Translations under genes and position numbers: made by a program
Part shown: positions 1-14,219 of the stretch, one piece after another
How the letters are laid out: the number at the start of each line of letters is the position of its first letter
How positions within the stretch are numbered: position 1 is the first letter of the stretch
Source of the DNA: the human T2T-CHM13v2.0 reference genome, Homo sapiens
Direction: 5' to 3' (one strand)
Assembly: GCF_009914755.1 (NCBI RefSeq)
Contig: NC_060937.1
Length of the DNA: 64,000 nucleotides
The notes under the pieces: model-generated
Told to the model about the DNA's origin: nothing
Database searches by the model: none
Seen by the model: the letters and a program-made list of their open reading frames with translations, nothing else

Positions 1-3000
1 GTGTACTTCACTCACCATCATCTTGAGCTGGGACTTCCAGACACAGGCCATCCTCCACGTTGTTTCCACAGAAGAGTCAACCTAGCTGAGCCTTATCACC
101 CTCCATCCTATAATAAAAGGTAAAAATTAAATTAACACATTCATGTAAATGAATCTTCAATCACAGAAAGTCAGGTACAATGTTAGATGTGTTTTATAAA
201 CCATTGTTTTAAAGATTTGAATATATCCCCCTACAGACAAAAATGCTATTATGAAAGTGACCCTAATTCCACTTCATCCTGTGTTCTTTGAAGAACTCTA
301 TATCCAAACCATAGCTGACATTTAATATATTAAGTGAACATCAGCTGCAAAGTTACTATGGCTATGAATGCCATACACAATTGCATTAAAAGCCAAAACA
401 TCATATTTAAAGTATTACACACTTAATATAGACAAGTATTATCACTATAGCTCATTTTTTAATCCTCATAAATTTGGAAATTCAATTATTCAACTCATGA
501 AACACACTTATATCAACAGTGTCAGCCTCACAATGTTTTCCTTGGTCTATTTTCCCAAGATACTGTGTCTCTATACTCACATTATAAGCCTGCGACGTCG
601 GAACATGAAAGAGCCTGATGAATGTTTTAATATCAAATTTTGAAATGATTATGCTTATTTTTTTTGAGATGTTTTCCTACACTAAGTCATTAAAGATTTT
701 CCAATGAAATGTTTATTTCTAAAACTCCAAGCATACTTATTTTATCTGAGAGGCAAAAATACGTTTTAAATACAAATTAATAAATTCTATCCCACATATA
801 ATCACGCTTGGCAATGAACAAAGTGCTTGTAAGAGAAAGATAAATTGAATTTAACATTATAACTCTTTTAATAAAAATATACAGATTCAAAACCTCTTCA
901 GTGACCCTGTCTTCTACAGTATAATTCCCTAAAACTTCTAAGTCACTCAATGATAAGAGGCTGATCTAAACGCTTCCACTGCATTAATCAAATACCAGGT
1001 CTAATTAAAAGAGCCATGCACAAAGCTTTTTCAAAATGTTGCTCAGGTATTGCAATAATTTCTGATCACCCAAGCCTGGAAGACAAATAATTAGAGCTGC
1101 CAGAGCATTCTGATGAGTGATGTCAGCATCTCCAAGTGACCTTCCCTCCACTAATTAATTTTCATCTTAAGAAAAGAGACCCTGTTGTTGCACATTATTA
1201 ATTGAGTTCACTAAAAGATGCGCCTGATTAATTTTTGTTGATAATACTTGTCATTCTAGGCAGCGGCTGTAATCATTCTATTGGGTTTTATTTTTTTTAA
1301 GTTGATCTAAGTCCTTTGCAATGTGACTGATATATCTGATACAAAATATCATGCATAAGGGCATATCCTATAATGTGTCTGGGCTATTTTTCATTGCAGT
1401 TGTTTGCCGAGGTAAAATGAAATGTCAGAGTGGAGTTTTCTGAGCTGTTGGAAACTGCTAAGGTATCATTTCACTTTGCCCTTGTAGCTGAGTGAGGTCA
1501 CTTATTCCCAAGTCCCCAAAACAGATCACTGCACCCATTTTGTAGCCTGCTTTTGAGTTTTATGGTGAATCATCCCATCCCCAGAGAAAACACTGCATTT
1601 GTCTTATAAGAGTTCTTCATCACATCTCTGTGATTACCAAAAGACTTCCTACAACTTCCTTTGTCCTAAGAGTGGGATAGCTTGCTAAGTAATTTTAGCC
1701 TTTTGACCCTGTGTGGGAGGCAGAATGTAAGCCCAGAGCTTGGCTTGTTGCCCTGTTCATTCATAGAATATTAGGATTAGAAAAAATAAAGAGAGGGCTA
1801 TATTAAAGTATTTATTTCATTAATCTAAAATTAAATAGGAAATTTAGTCATACTCCTAATGAATGTAAGTTGTACTCCAATACAGAAACATTCACATGCC
1901 ATTGAATTTCAAGACCTTTATTAAAACCATAGTTTGTTTTCAGTGGAAACTTCTAAATGTAGAATTAATTTCTTGGGAAAATATTGTGTTTCAGTTTATA
2001 AGTGCAAATATGTTATTTGTGCTGGGAAAATGAACTCACAAGGCTTCTTAGATTTTAAAGTGGTCCTGCCAGGTGGATTTTGTCTAAATGAACAAAAGAT
2101 ATAATTTCATGGATACATGTGCTTAACAGTTAGGAAAAACGTGCTTAATGTAATGCCTTTTGTTTTGCTGAACCTGAAACCTTTGTAAAATGTCTTGAGT
2201 CTTTAGTCTGAAACAGGCAAAGTTAGATCCTATTACGTGTGCTGTATGCTATTGGCTTAGAAGTTTAAAAGAATTCATAAACATAGTATAGTATAGAAGG
2301 AAAACTAACAAAACTATCTCTTAAGTCTTTTTTGAGGCAGCCTTTCCCTCTTCCATTGAGAGCTTTTTTTCCTTGTTCTATTTCCCACTGGGTGAATGCA
2401 GGGTAGCCCTAAACCATCCTAGATCTAAAATTTGATAAGATTGTGCTATCATGCGACCAAATTCACACCTCCCTGTGAGTGATCTTCCATGAAAGGAAAG
2501 GTGACGCCAGTTCTCTAATAGTAGAGTTCATTATCATCAATCAATACTATTATTAAATTTCCACCAGGAATTAGGCATTTTATATATCTTCCTGAAATTT
2601 GGATGAGCTAAAGCTAACATTTCATCCCATGTGACTCCTGAGGAAACAGGTTTGAAAATGAAGGTTTGTGGGTAAAGGTAATACTCATGAGTTAAACGAT
2701 GTATTCATAATCCAAAAAGAGCAGCATGTAAGGACACCAAACCTAATATTTTGAGATGTTTTACTGTCACAGTATTTTAGAACTGAAGAGAACTTTGGAC
2801 ATCACCTGTCCAACCTTAACATTTCACATATAAACTGATTCCCAGAAGACTTGATTAATTACATAACAAAAGACTTAATCCTTTGTTATGCAAAGAAAAT
2901 ATAGAAAGAACATTGATAAACACTAACGTGTATTTAGTTCAAACATCTTTATTTAGAATCATGAAAATACATATTTTTCTCTTGAGACTTTTTTTTAGCA

Positions 3001-3160
3001 GTTTTTGAGAGCATTGTTTAGATATCTTTTGTGTGCATCACCAAGGGTGAATTTATCAGTACTGATGTCTTTTTTTTTTTAAACACTAAAATGCTAAGGG
3101 ACCATACCTGTTTATTCTGCCCTACCTATTCAGATTATTGCCTTTTTCAGTTACAAGGAT

Positions 3161-3242
3161 AATAGAAGAGCAAAGGGGAGGGAGGTGGAAGGAAAGAAAA
3201 AGAGGCGAGGAAAAGGAAGGAAAGAGAAGCGAGGGAGAGAGG
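3161..3242. repeat. GA-rich low-complexity polypurine tract
   Basis: About 80 nt that is almost all purine (aaaggggagggaggtggaaggaaagaaaaagaggcgagg...). Confidence 0.8.
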
Positions 3243-4386
3243 CCTAATTTGGTTCCACCTCTTTTGATTTTTTTCCCCTCATTATGTTTTCAAATTTTAA
3301 CATGCAAGCCTAAGAAAGGTTGCCTCCATCAGACAATCTCTGAGCAAGTGTAGTTTATTTCCTTCAAGAAATTGATCTTAAATATTAAATAGGGGATAAT
3401 AAAATTGAGGTTTTATGTTATAAAATTGCTCATAAATTCACTTTGTGTAACTTCTGCAAGTAGAGTGTTACTGCACTTAGTAACAAAACTTAAGATGTGA
3501 TAGTTTATTTCCAAAGCAACACAAATGACGCATATCAGAATATGACTTATCAGTAGGAAAAAAATGAAGTCTTTATGTTTTTAATTTAAAGAAAACAATG
3601 ATCTTGAGAGAACAACATTCTAGACTTGAAAGAAAGACAAATAGGGTCAGGATATCTTCCTGGGCAATGAAGAGGAGGATAGAGTGGAATATCAGGTATT
3701 GCTCTGAATCCAGGTCATTATTGCAGAAAGAACATTGAGACTCAGGAGGGGCCATTCTTTTGGGTGATGTGATTTAAATCAATATGGAGAGATTATCTCT
3801 GGCTAATTTATCTGACATTAGTCTTCTAATCAGATTTCACCCATAGTCTGTCAGCATTTCTTTCAGAAATAATCATCAATATTTTACTCCAATGCATAAT
3901 CATTTTACTTTCTTTTGTGGCTCTTTTCCTATTTTAACAACATTGCATTTTAGTAATTGTATTTAACCAAACCAGAAATTAAAGAAAAGGGGGCTTTCTA
4001 GATGTGGATTCTGACTTTTAGCTATATCATCCCTCTTGAGAGCCAGTGGAGCCTTCCATTTTGTATAAAGAACACTCATGTAGGGTAGGTGTCATTGAAC
4101 AATATGTGGCCCTAGGATGTACATCTTTCCCAGCTAATTCACTTCAGTTTTCATCACAATTTACATTGAGCTGTCCTCATTCCAATCAATGTTTTCTCAA
4201 TGAGCGAATCAATTTAATCCATAGCCACATATGTATGGACATGGCATTTTCATATACTTAAAGGCATTCACCTCCCTGTTACAATGTAAAGGTTGTGGTA
4301 GCCACAGGGCTCAGAGAATTGTGCATAAGATCTGGGGTTAGATCAATTACGGGAGGCAGTTTGGTGGGGGAAAAATACACTCTGTG

Positions 4387-4560
4387 GGACTTGGAGTCAA
4401 TCCTTGTTGGTTGGAATCTTAAGTCACCTAAAGCCTCTGAGACTCAATTTATATATAAAATGTAAATATATTTTACTTTCTCCTCATGGGGTTGAGAAAT
4501 AAAATGTGAAAGTATCAGACCCAGCACCTGACATATTGCAAAAGTTCAATAAATATTATT
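4387..4560 (+). mobile_element. MIR SINE fragment
   Basis: MIR-like core (aagtcacctaaagcctctgagactcaattt) and 3' end (gcacctgacatattgcaaaagttcaataaatattatt). Confidence 0.65.
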
Positions 4561-5509
4561 TTATACAGTCTCGATTGATTAGCCCACTTCATTCATGCGG
4601 AGAGTCTGCTTTGCAACTCCTCAACTTTCCAAACTTTGTTCTTCACACTGCTTTCCCCTTGCAAGCAAAGAAAACTTGGAGAAACAATGCATTCTCCAGA
4701 GCCAGAGCTGAGCCCAATCAAGTGGGCTTACTGGTCAACCTAGGAAGCGTGGCTTCTGAGACTGGTCATGGTTGCAAGATGGCAGAGGAATCACAGAGCT
4801 GTAAGGCAAAGTCTGAATCCTCACTCATTGTTAAACTTGTTAGAGAGTTTGAAATTATATATCATAAAATAGCTCGTTCAGCAGGTATTAGAAGGACTGC
4901 TTAGAGGTTTTGAGATGAGAATGAAGTAGGAAAACGACAGCCATTGGTAGTGAAACTTAAAGTAACAACTTGACTGTTTTTCAAGCTGATTTAGAAAAAA
5001 GCGTTTTAACGTTTAAAAGGCTGGCAAGCATTATGATCTATGATACTTTCACTTCTTAAATGGAGTTTCACAGACCTTACTAATTTTTGACAAATCTCAC
5101 ATCATTTAATTTTTTAAGAGGTGTGTTTGACCCAAGGTTTTTGAAATACCTTTATATCTGACCTAAAAGGCACCTTCAGCCTAGCCTCTTTTAAAGATAA
5201 TTTTGACAGAAAGCTAGCTTTGGCTAGTAGCCACACCACCATAAGTTTTGACCTTGAGTGAGCTCCAATTTCTAGTAGTATTTGAATAAGTGACTTTTAG
5301 GTGAAAGTAAGAGGTCAGAAGATAAAGTATCGAAGTTATCAGGATTGATTTTTATTATTTCTCTCTCATTAATTGCCTCTGCAGTACCCCTTCCCCTCTG
5401 ATTTAATATCTTCTGAAAATTCCCTTCATTTGTAGGTCATTAACAATAATTTTAATGTAGATCATGTCCTACAGAACAAATTCCAAAGACTTGTCTGAAG
5501 CAAAGAGAT

Positions 5510-5715
5510 AGAGTGGAAAGAGCTTTAAGCTTAGAGTAAGAATGCCTGCTTTCCATCCTGATCCTGCTACTAACTAGTTACATAAGCTATCTTTACCTTA
5601 GACAAAATAGTGATAATCAGCTCTCCAACCTCACAGAGTCTTTGCATGGTTTAAATAAGTTTTTGCCTGTGAAAGCATATAGAAAGCTGTAAAGTATTGC
5701 ACACATAAATCATTA
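5510..5715 (+). mobile_element. MIR SINE fragment
   Basis: gagtggaaagagctttaagcttagagtaagaa...atcctgatcctgctactaactag resembles the MIR 5' part. Confidence 0.55.
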
Positions 5716-5934
5716 CACTAATTAAATTATGTATTTGATTTATGGTCTTGAAAATTTGAGGATCAAATAGTGTTTCAATAAATGACTCTTGGAAATAATT
5801 TAATTTTAAATGTACACTGAAATAAAAATATTTGCCTTCATGGAATTTAGGCTATAAAATTCAAGGTTGTGGCTCCTAAAATAATTACATTCTATAAAGC
5901 AAACCCTGTGTTGCTTTAAGAGCCTTCTAAGGGG

Positions 5935-6540
5935 TCATGCTGCTTCTATCCTTGTCCACTTAGAGTATTTTTTTTAACAGTTGCCAGAATGATCCTTTTA
6001 ACCAAGTTAAATCATTTCTCTCCTCTATTCAAAACTATCCAATGACTCTTCTAACACTCAGTATAATAGCTAAAGTGCTTACAATGGCCAAAAAAGACTT
6101 AACACAGTTGGGTCCCCTGTTAATTCTGACTTCATCTACTACTGAGCTCCCCAGATCCATATTCCCTTCTTAGGACCTGCATGCTGTCTGTTCCCTCTTC
6201 CTGGAACATATTTCTCCCTGATACGGCCAACTCACTTATGACATTTAAGTCTTTGTTCAAATGTTATCTTCCTAATTAGACCTATACCTTAAATTGCACT
6301 CCTCAACACACCCAATAAACTTACCCTGCTCCGCTTTTTTTTTTTTTTACAGCACATATCACCTTCTAACATATTATACAATTTACATTTTTATTATGCT
6401 TATTATTTGCCTCCACCCACTGTAATATAAATTTCAGCAGGGAAAGGATTTCATCTGTTTTGTTCACTGATATCTCCAAGGCTTTCAAACAATGCCTGGA
6501 CTATACAGTAAGTGTTCAAAATGTATTTATTGAAAGAATG
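5935..6540 (+). mobile_element. L2 (L2a-like) LINE 3' end
   Basis: Typical L2 3' motifs: gccagaatgatccttt, tctgttttgttcactgatatctcc, aacaatgcctgg...aagtgttcaaaatgtatttattgaaagaatg. Confidence 0.8.
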
Positions 6541-9500
6541 GGTGATATAATGATGATACCACATACAGCTTTGTCAGTAGGTGTGCTGACTTCCCCGGCC
6601 CATTATTGTAATCAGCTGTAACCATTTATGGGCTATGTGCATCCAGGAAAAGGTGAGAAATGTGGCTATAAAGAGAATGAAACCATCTAGTTCTTCTAGA
6701 CACAGTATCCCTGACCTTGGCATCTCTTTGTACATTTTTTAACCAATGTTGTTAACAGGATTTTCTTTCTCCTAGGTCTACAAAACATGACAACATTAAT
6801 CTCTTAGTAAATTTGCATAAAATTTGCAAATGTAATTTCATGATCTGTAAAACCAAAATCAAAGTATAATATACCAATTTCACTGACTTAATCTTCCAGA
6901 ATTCTATCAAGAAAGTAATCAGATTTTTCTTCGTTATTTATTCTTTATTCAATATGGCTCATCCTGCAATTCTTTACAGGCTGATTAGTAAATTCCCCTT
7001 TTTAACATTTATTTCTAAGTTTTATTTGAGGTTAAACTAATTATATCTAGTATTTATAATTACCTGAATCTTACATCTTTTAATCCATAAGATATAGCTT
7101 GAAATTTACCTTTAGCAATCTAAAGTTTCATTCTGGTTTTAAAACCCAATCAGTAGTGGGTCAATAATTTTGCCACTTGGGCATCATATACATATGGGCA
7201 GGTTAGTGCTTATAATTTGGCTGTGTCATACCTTATTAATACTACCATTTCACTAATACTATAATTTTATTAATACTATAACTTTGGTGGTGGCAACTAT
7301 GGTTTTGGTTTACAGTTCCTAGCTATTAGTCATCCTTTTTAATTTGCAGTTATATACCAAAATTCTGCTTCTGTTTCCAAATTTCCAAGAAGCAGCCGAG
7401 GTATTCAGTCTGAGCAAGTCATCATATATAATGGTGGGAATGAAGAAAAAGAACCAAAGATGGTCTTATCGACAAGGGCATAGTTCTTAAAATGGCTTCC
7501 ATACATTGTCTCCATACTACTAGCAATGTTGCACCTCTGAAAAACACAAGCGTATGAAATCCATTTGTATGGCCATTGCACTGTGAAAGCTAGATTTTTT
7601 GTTTTAATTCAGTCATTCAGTAAATGATATTTAAATACCTTGGCAGGTTTTTCTTTTTCCTTTGTTTTTTAACTGAGGAACATGAATGCCTAAGGGTTAC
7701 TAAACACATTTTCTAAGGATTTTCATTTTTCCTGCTTCCGATCTACAGCCTGAAATTCCTCCCATTCCTCCTTTGTCTTCACTAACCAACTCACCTCAGA
7801 TGTAATGCCTCTCTGTTTTTTAGGAGAACTGAAATATTTATCAGAATTGAAACAAAAGGTAAATCTAAATCTGTCTCACTGGATAGCAAGTATATGTCAC
7901 ACATGAAGAAAACTGAAGTGTTAAACCTCCTTGGTCTGTTTGCATAACAAGACTTTAAAGACATTTTTCTAACCACACAGGTTCATGGTGCTTCTTTTAT
8001 TTCTCCATATAACCTGGTTTGTCTTCTAAAGCTTGAAACATGATTATACAACATTATTTCATAAATTTGTTTCCTAAAAGTTCTCTATTCCCCCCATTAG
8101 TCTTTAAAAGTTTTATTATTTTCTTCCTTACCAGAATATATTTCTCTAGAAACATTATACAGATATTATCCAGGTGTGCTAACTCCAGGGTTTTGGCTAT
8201 TGTCCAACTTGAACAATTAGTTAAAATTCTCTTTTAGTTTTAACCAGATGTTGTAGTCCTCATTTCCTGACCTAAAAGCCTCTTTCAAATTATGGAAAAC
8301 TTTTAAATACTTGTCCCATTCTCTTTCTGAATTAGCTGCACCTTCATGCTAACTTAATATGGTCTGATATTCAGTATGTACATATAATTAGTGAGGTTTA
8401 TACAACATTTGGAAGAAATCAAACCCAAAAATACTTGGAATATGAGAGGCCAAGCATTAATTAACAAAGATTTACACAGTATGTATTGAGTGACTTAAAA
8501 GCTCCTTTTGCTGTGGCTTTTTAGTTGAGATATTAATTACTGAAGAGATCAGTGCATTAATTTTAGAGAATTTTCTAAATTTTGCATAGTTTCTTTTATT
8601 TAATTTGACTGTAATCTTTCTGAAGTTATGCCTTTTATCCATTTTACATTTTATTCAGGACCTAGTCAATGCTGTTTACATTGTTAAGTCCCCAAAATAT
8701 ATTTATTCACTTGTAATATGACATGCGGCTATATATTTTTATATTTGAAGAATTTTGAAAAGCTACCAACAAAGTCAAATTACTTTTTATCCCTGACAAA
8801 CAACATGAGTCCTCCATGAGCAAAACCATTTAATCTATTTTTTTCTCTGAGCCGTTCATTTCCTATAGTAAATTCCTCATACACTTTCAGGAAGTGAAAT
8901 GAAAGCAACTGTCCTCACCCCTCCAAGATTACTGAACATAAACCAAAAAAAGTTTAACTGCTGTAGCCCCAGACAGTTGATGGGCAAAGGCAGCCCCTTT
9001 CAATTCTCATCAGCTAGGAACAAAGGTGGTTGGTTCCTGAGTGAAGGGAGGAAAAGAGTGGAGTGAAAGAAACATTTTAGAAGTCCAATCAACTGATTAG
9101 GAGAAAATCCTCAAGATGTGTGATGTGTGCAACAGACTTCTAAGAGAAAATACTGGCCTGGAGCTATACTTAACTTTCCCCATTCCATACCTCGAGCAAG
9201 TATTAAAACCAAACACTTAGGTCTTCTGGATACGGCATGTGGGTTAGTGTTGTTCTGTGTTTTGATAAAAGTGAGTTCAATATTTCTTTATTAATTTTAA
9301 TAGTATAACAAGAACGGCATATTATTTTGACATAAGGAGTTCAAAGTTACTATGCCAGCACTCTTCCATTAATCTTTAAAATATATTTGCTGGGTGAGCA
9401 GCCAACATAATCCTGGCTAAACAGATAAGAAAATAGAGAGCTGGCGATAAGATGACTTGTTTAAAGCTGCACAACAAATCAAGACTGAAGCCGGCGCTCC

Positions 9501-11194
9501 GGTCCTCGCCCGCTCCGTGAGCACCTCTGCTGGCACAGGCTCACACTGGCAGCAAGAAGCGGGTGCTTCCAAGTTGGGAATCACTTGATAAAAGGGCCTC
9601 ATTCTGATAACTTCTGGAAAGTTCAGATGAGAATTCCACAAGTGGTGAAAATATATATTTTCTGTCACATCAGTATTTTGAGCTGTGTTCCTCCCTTGCA
9701 TAGCATCAGCTTTTAATTATTTAGACAATAATTATCCATTTGTGGCTTATCAATTCCCCTTCCTTCTCTCCTGCTTCCTGTCTCTGGGCCATTTCACTGC
9801 TCATTAATATTTGCATCAGAGGCCAGATCAGCTTGGCTGGTGAGTCTGGTAAAAAGATTTGGTGGGCAAAGAGACAGAAACCATTGAATATGTAAAGGTT
9901 AGTGATTATCTTGAGGTTGAATCTATCCATAGATTAGAGTGGAACTCAACAACAAATGATTGTGTCGTGAGTTTGTCAGGGAAGGGTCCACTCCTTTTTG
10001 CTTTTTCCTCTGCATATCTATTTTTCTCTAATTCTGTACTTGATGCTTATTATTACAGATCATTGAAATTTGACACAAGATGCAATCATCCGCCTGAAGG
10101 ATTTTGACAACACTCACGTTTTTAAACTCCACATTCCCTATCCCTAGGAAAGAAACCTCAATAAATACATCTTGCATTTATTAAGGAATAAGTGAAAGGT
10201 GCACTTTTTCTGAATTATTTGTGGGTTGGTAGATAAAATACAGCAATCAGCGTCCTGCCACCCACCCCCACCCCTCAAGGATTCTCCCTGGTTAAAAAGC
10301 TGGTGCTGGTGGATTAGTCGGAAGTTGTGATTGCCTCATGAATCAGGGTGAAGCTTCTCACAGGTGGCAGTTAGTTTGATCTTCCTAGTCATTCAAGGAG
10401 GATATATATCTTTTGTGGTTGTCACTCACAAGGATATCCTTGAAGGAAAACGAGGCTGCCTCACCAAAGCACAACTAAATGAAACAAACGAAAAGGAACA
10501 GTGACAATGTAAGGGAGCAACAGAGGATTATTTCAGAATCTACGCAAATAAAATTCTGTGTGTTGGTGAAGTCTCTCTGCTGCCACTCAAAGCCCTATTC
10601 CTAGATCTGTGCTGACCACATCAAAACAATGCTGCTGCATAAGCAAGGGAATAAACAAAGCAAAGACCCATTAGCTGTTTCCATTAGACATGCAGAGGGG
10701 GAAAAAAATCAATAACAGGCAAACAGAAGATAAAATTGATAGGAAAGAAACGTTAATTTTAGAGCTTTAAAATGAGGTCTTGCAAACAATATCATGCAAT
10801 AAAACCTTAAAAACTATTTTTAAAACTTTTGAAATCATTTACGTGGGGAAAAGAATGCTAGCAGGAACATATATGGCATATTAAAGTTTAGTGCATTCTT
10901 AATGACTCGTCTTAAACAAATTATGCATGAGATAGATTACACATCCCTCATCCACTTAACAAAAAGGCATACACATGAACAAAAAACAAAACAAGGTGGC
11001 TTTTAAAGAGAAATTAAGTGTATACTTGGTGACTGATGGGGAGAAATGCCAAATGATGTAAAAGACCTCATAGAATAGAGTTCTCTTGAAAGAACCTAGA
11101 TTGATGGGCTCTTCGGCCACAGACTGTAGGCAGAGCAGTACAAATGACATCAGTCTCCACTTTCAGATTCCATCCTGTAAATACCCTCAGCAGA

Positions 11195-11345
11195 CAGGCT
11201 AGGGGAGTAGAGAGAACAAGGACTCTGGAGTAACAAGTCCTAGATTTCAGTGCCAGCCTCACTGCCCACTAACTGTGCAATGGTGGACAGTTACTTCACC
11301 TGCCCTTCATTTCCTCATTCGTAAGATAGAGATAATAATAATGCT
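11195..11345 (+). mobile_element. MIR SINE fragment
   Basis: ggactctggagtaacaagtcctagattt...ggacagttacttcacctgcccttcatttcctcattcgtaagatagagataataata. Confidence 0.7.
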
Positions 11346-11370
11346 GTTTTACCCTCCTAAGTTGGACGGG

Positions 11371-11508
11371 CTTTTTTCTTTTTCGGAAAAAGAGACAGGG
11401 TCTCACCATGTTGCCCAGGCTGGTCTCGAACTCCTGGGCTCCAGCAATCCTCTTGTCTGGGCCTCCCAAAGTGCTACGATTACAGAAATGAGTCACCACG
11501 TTTGGACT
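11371..11508 (-). mobile_element. FLAM/AluJ left monomer
   Basis: gagacagggtctcaccatgttgcccaggctggtctcgaactcctgggctc...cctcccaaagtgct, with a short T-rich tail; monomer only. Confidence 0.85.
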
Positions 11509-11565
11509 TGGTATTTTTTTCAAAGACCCAGCTCATTAGGCCTGGTCCAGAACCACTAGTTTCAA

Positions 11566-11742
11566 AGCGTTGGTTCTCAAACTTAAGGAGGTATCTGAAT
11601 CACCTGGAAGGGTTTGTTAAAACAGGGACTGCTGTGCTTTGCCCTCAGAGTTTATGATTTATTAGGTCTGGGATGAGGCATGAGAATTTACACCATGGTA
11701 GTTTTGATACTGCTTTCCAGGACCACCCTTTGAGAGCTTCTG
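11566..11742. mobile_element. MER5A (hAT-Charlie) DNA transposon
   Basis: tggttctcaaactt...gaatcacctggaagggtttgttaaaaca...taggtctgggatgaggc...ggaccaccctttgagag. Confidence 0.8.
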
Positions 11743-11789
11743 GTTAAGTCTTGGGATTTTAGCATGGTCTATGGGATTTTCACATGCTA

Positions 11790-11945
11790 AAATCAGCAGG
11801 GTCAGGATCACCCAGGATCCGGTTAATCACTCAGACCCAACAGACCTTGTTAGAAATGCCAACCTATTTTGCTCAACCAGAGGCAGCATTTAACAAGATC
11901 TCCAGGTGCTTTGTATGCACATTCCATTTTGAGCAGCACTGGTCT
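11790..11945. mobile_element. MER5-family (MER5B-like) fragment
   Basis: gttagaaatgc...gcatttaacaagatctccaggtgctttgtatgcaca...tttgagcagcactg. Confidence 0.65.
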
Positions 11946-13407
11946 AGAGCATCTTCAGGGGACATGGAGCCAAAAAAAGATTGTGAAAAATCTGCTCTAG
12001 GGTGGTTGTAAGAAAAGCCCTTCAATCTGAATGACAAAAATCCTGGTCCTTGGCGTTGGCATTCTCCCCAGGAAGTCCTGTTTGTGGACCCAACAATATA
12101 CACCAATTGGAAACAGTTCTTCTCCTCAGGCAAGGGGCTTACAGCTACTGCAGCAGGTGCCAGATTGCTAAGTGCCCACGTGGGTAGTGAGGGCCAGGTT
12201 GAACAGTATCTTTTTGCTGTTCATATGAATTTTGTTTCCTTAGATGATGATCTTTTCAGTACTTCCTTGTATTTTCTTCCTATTTTTCCTTGTAGAATTT
12301 CCTTGTGTTTCCTGTTTATATGTTTCATATATCATTATGGACTTAATGATATTAATTTTGGTCAGAAGCAAAGTAAGCCAAAAATGCCAAGTGTATTTGG
12401 CACATCCAGGAGTTCCTAATGGCTAAAGAGTCACTGGGTTAAGCGTCAATGATCTAATATCAACGTAACATTACAACAACGCCTTCATTCAAACAAGGCT
12501 CCTATTACTTGGAATACAAATTGGAGCACCAGCTTCACATTTGTAAGATTTATATGCCCATTTAGGGAAATCCTCTTGTAGCTCCTCTAATAACATCACT
12601 GGCAATACAAAGCTGAATGGTTCAAATCAGATTTCATCTCTACTATTTTAGTGTTGGAGGATGAACCTACAGACTATTAAATTTATAAAAAACAAAGATA
12701 AATATACAACATAAAATATTTCAAGTTCCAAAATCCTTACATTAGCTTTTGGAAAAGGACAGCTCCAAAGAAAAAAAAAGCAGTGAAGATTAAATCTTTT
12801 AAGATTCAATTTGTCCAGCCTGCCATGTAAGGCCTAACCTTGCTGGAGACTCAGAATTATGGCTTTATTTTAGTCCACAACTAAGCCAGACAGCAGATAC
12901 CACTTCAATGATGTTTTACAGTAGAATCAATTAGAAAATATTCTGATTTTCAGAACTATACCCCAAAAGTGATATTACTAAGGTAGCTGTCATGCCAATA
13001 ATGTCTATATCACATTAACAATGTAAACATATGAATGTTTCCTTTTTATTTTCATATCTGTGATTTTTTTAAAGGAATGGCTAAAAATATTAAGTAAACT
13101 ATTAGAACCTAAAAAATGTCTTAGGACTAAATTATTTTTTCAGCCTAACAATCTTCTTACCATCAAAAAAAAAAAAAAAAGACATTATCTTTCTCAAACA
13201 AATAAATCAGAACTCTAAGCACTATCTCCCTCACAGGAGACATGGCTTCTGCTTCCAAAATCTCTGCCTTTCTAATCAAATATTTCTCTCTAGGTCTTTC
13301 CTTTTTCTTGATGCTAGTTTGCCGCTATAAATAAGATTCCTCCCAACTTTATGGAAATTAAAGAATTCATGTTTTTCATTGCAAGTGTTAGAAATCTTCC
13401 TGTTATC

Positions 13408-14219
13408 AACACTTCTCAAAAGACATTTATGCAGCCAACAGCCACATGAAAAAATGCTCATCATCACTGGCCATCAGAGAAATGCAAATCAAAACCACAA
13501 TGAGATACCATCTCACACCAGTTAGAATGGTGATCATTAAAAAGTCAGGAAGAAACAGGTGCTGGAGAGGATGTGGAGAAATAGGAACACTTTTACACTG
13601 TTGGTGGGACTGTAAACTAGTTCAACCATTGTGGAAGACAGTGTGGTGATTCCTCAAGGATCTAGAACTAGAAATACCATTTGACCCAGCCATCCCATTA
13701 CTGGGTATATACCCAAAGGATTATAAATCATGCTGCTACAAACACACATGCACACGTATGTTTATTGCGGCACTATTCACAAGAGCAAAGACTTGGAACC
13801 AACCCAAATGTCCATCAATGATAGACTGGATTAAGAAAATGTGGCACATATACACCATGGAATACTATGCAGCCATAAAAAAGGATGAGTTCATGTCCTT
13901 TGCAGGGACATGGATGAAGCTGGAAACCATCATTCTCAGCAAACTATCGCAAGGACAGAAAACCAAACACCGCATGTTCTCACTCACAGGTGGGAACTGA
14001 ACAATGAGAACACTTGGACACAGCGTGGGGAACATCACACAACAGGGCCTGTCGTGGGTTGGGGGGAGGGGAGAGGGATAGCATTAGGAGATATACCTAA
14101 TGTAAATGACGAGTTAATGGGTGCAGCACACCAACAGGGCACATGTACACATATGTAACAAACCTGCACGTTGTGCACATGTACCCTAGAACTTAAAGTA
14201 TAATAATAAAAAAAAAGAA
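13408..14219 (+). mobile_element. 5'-truncated L1PA (L1PA4-6-like): ORF2 C-terminus, 3' UTR and poly(A), with 16-bp TSD
   Basis: ORFs 13446-13649 and 13758-14000 are L1 ORF2 C-terminal peptides ([37 protein letters not shown]). The 3' UTR ends gtaccctagaacttaaagtataataat(A)n. TSD aaatcttcctgttatc at 13392-13407 and 14220-14235. Confidence 0.97.

Noticed and set aside
4506-4904. 132-aa ORF
   Set aside because: Starts in a MIR with a GTG codon; no recognisable domain or splice context.
10355-10372. Weak CTCF-like motif ctcacaggtggcag (similar at ~34418)
   Set aside because: Poor match at the 5' core positions; may simply be an E-box.
13446-14158. ORFs with clear protein-like sequence
   Set aside because: They are L1 ORF2 C-terminal fragments and 3' UTR in a 5'-truncated, stop-interrupted L1PA, not a host gene.
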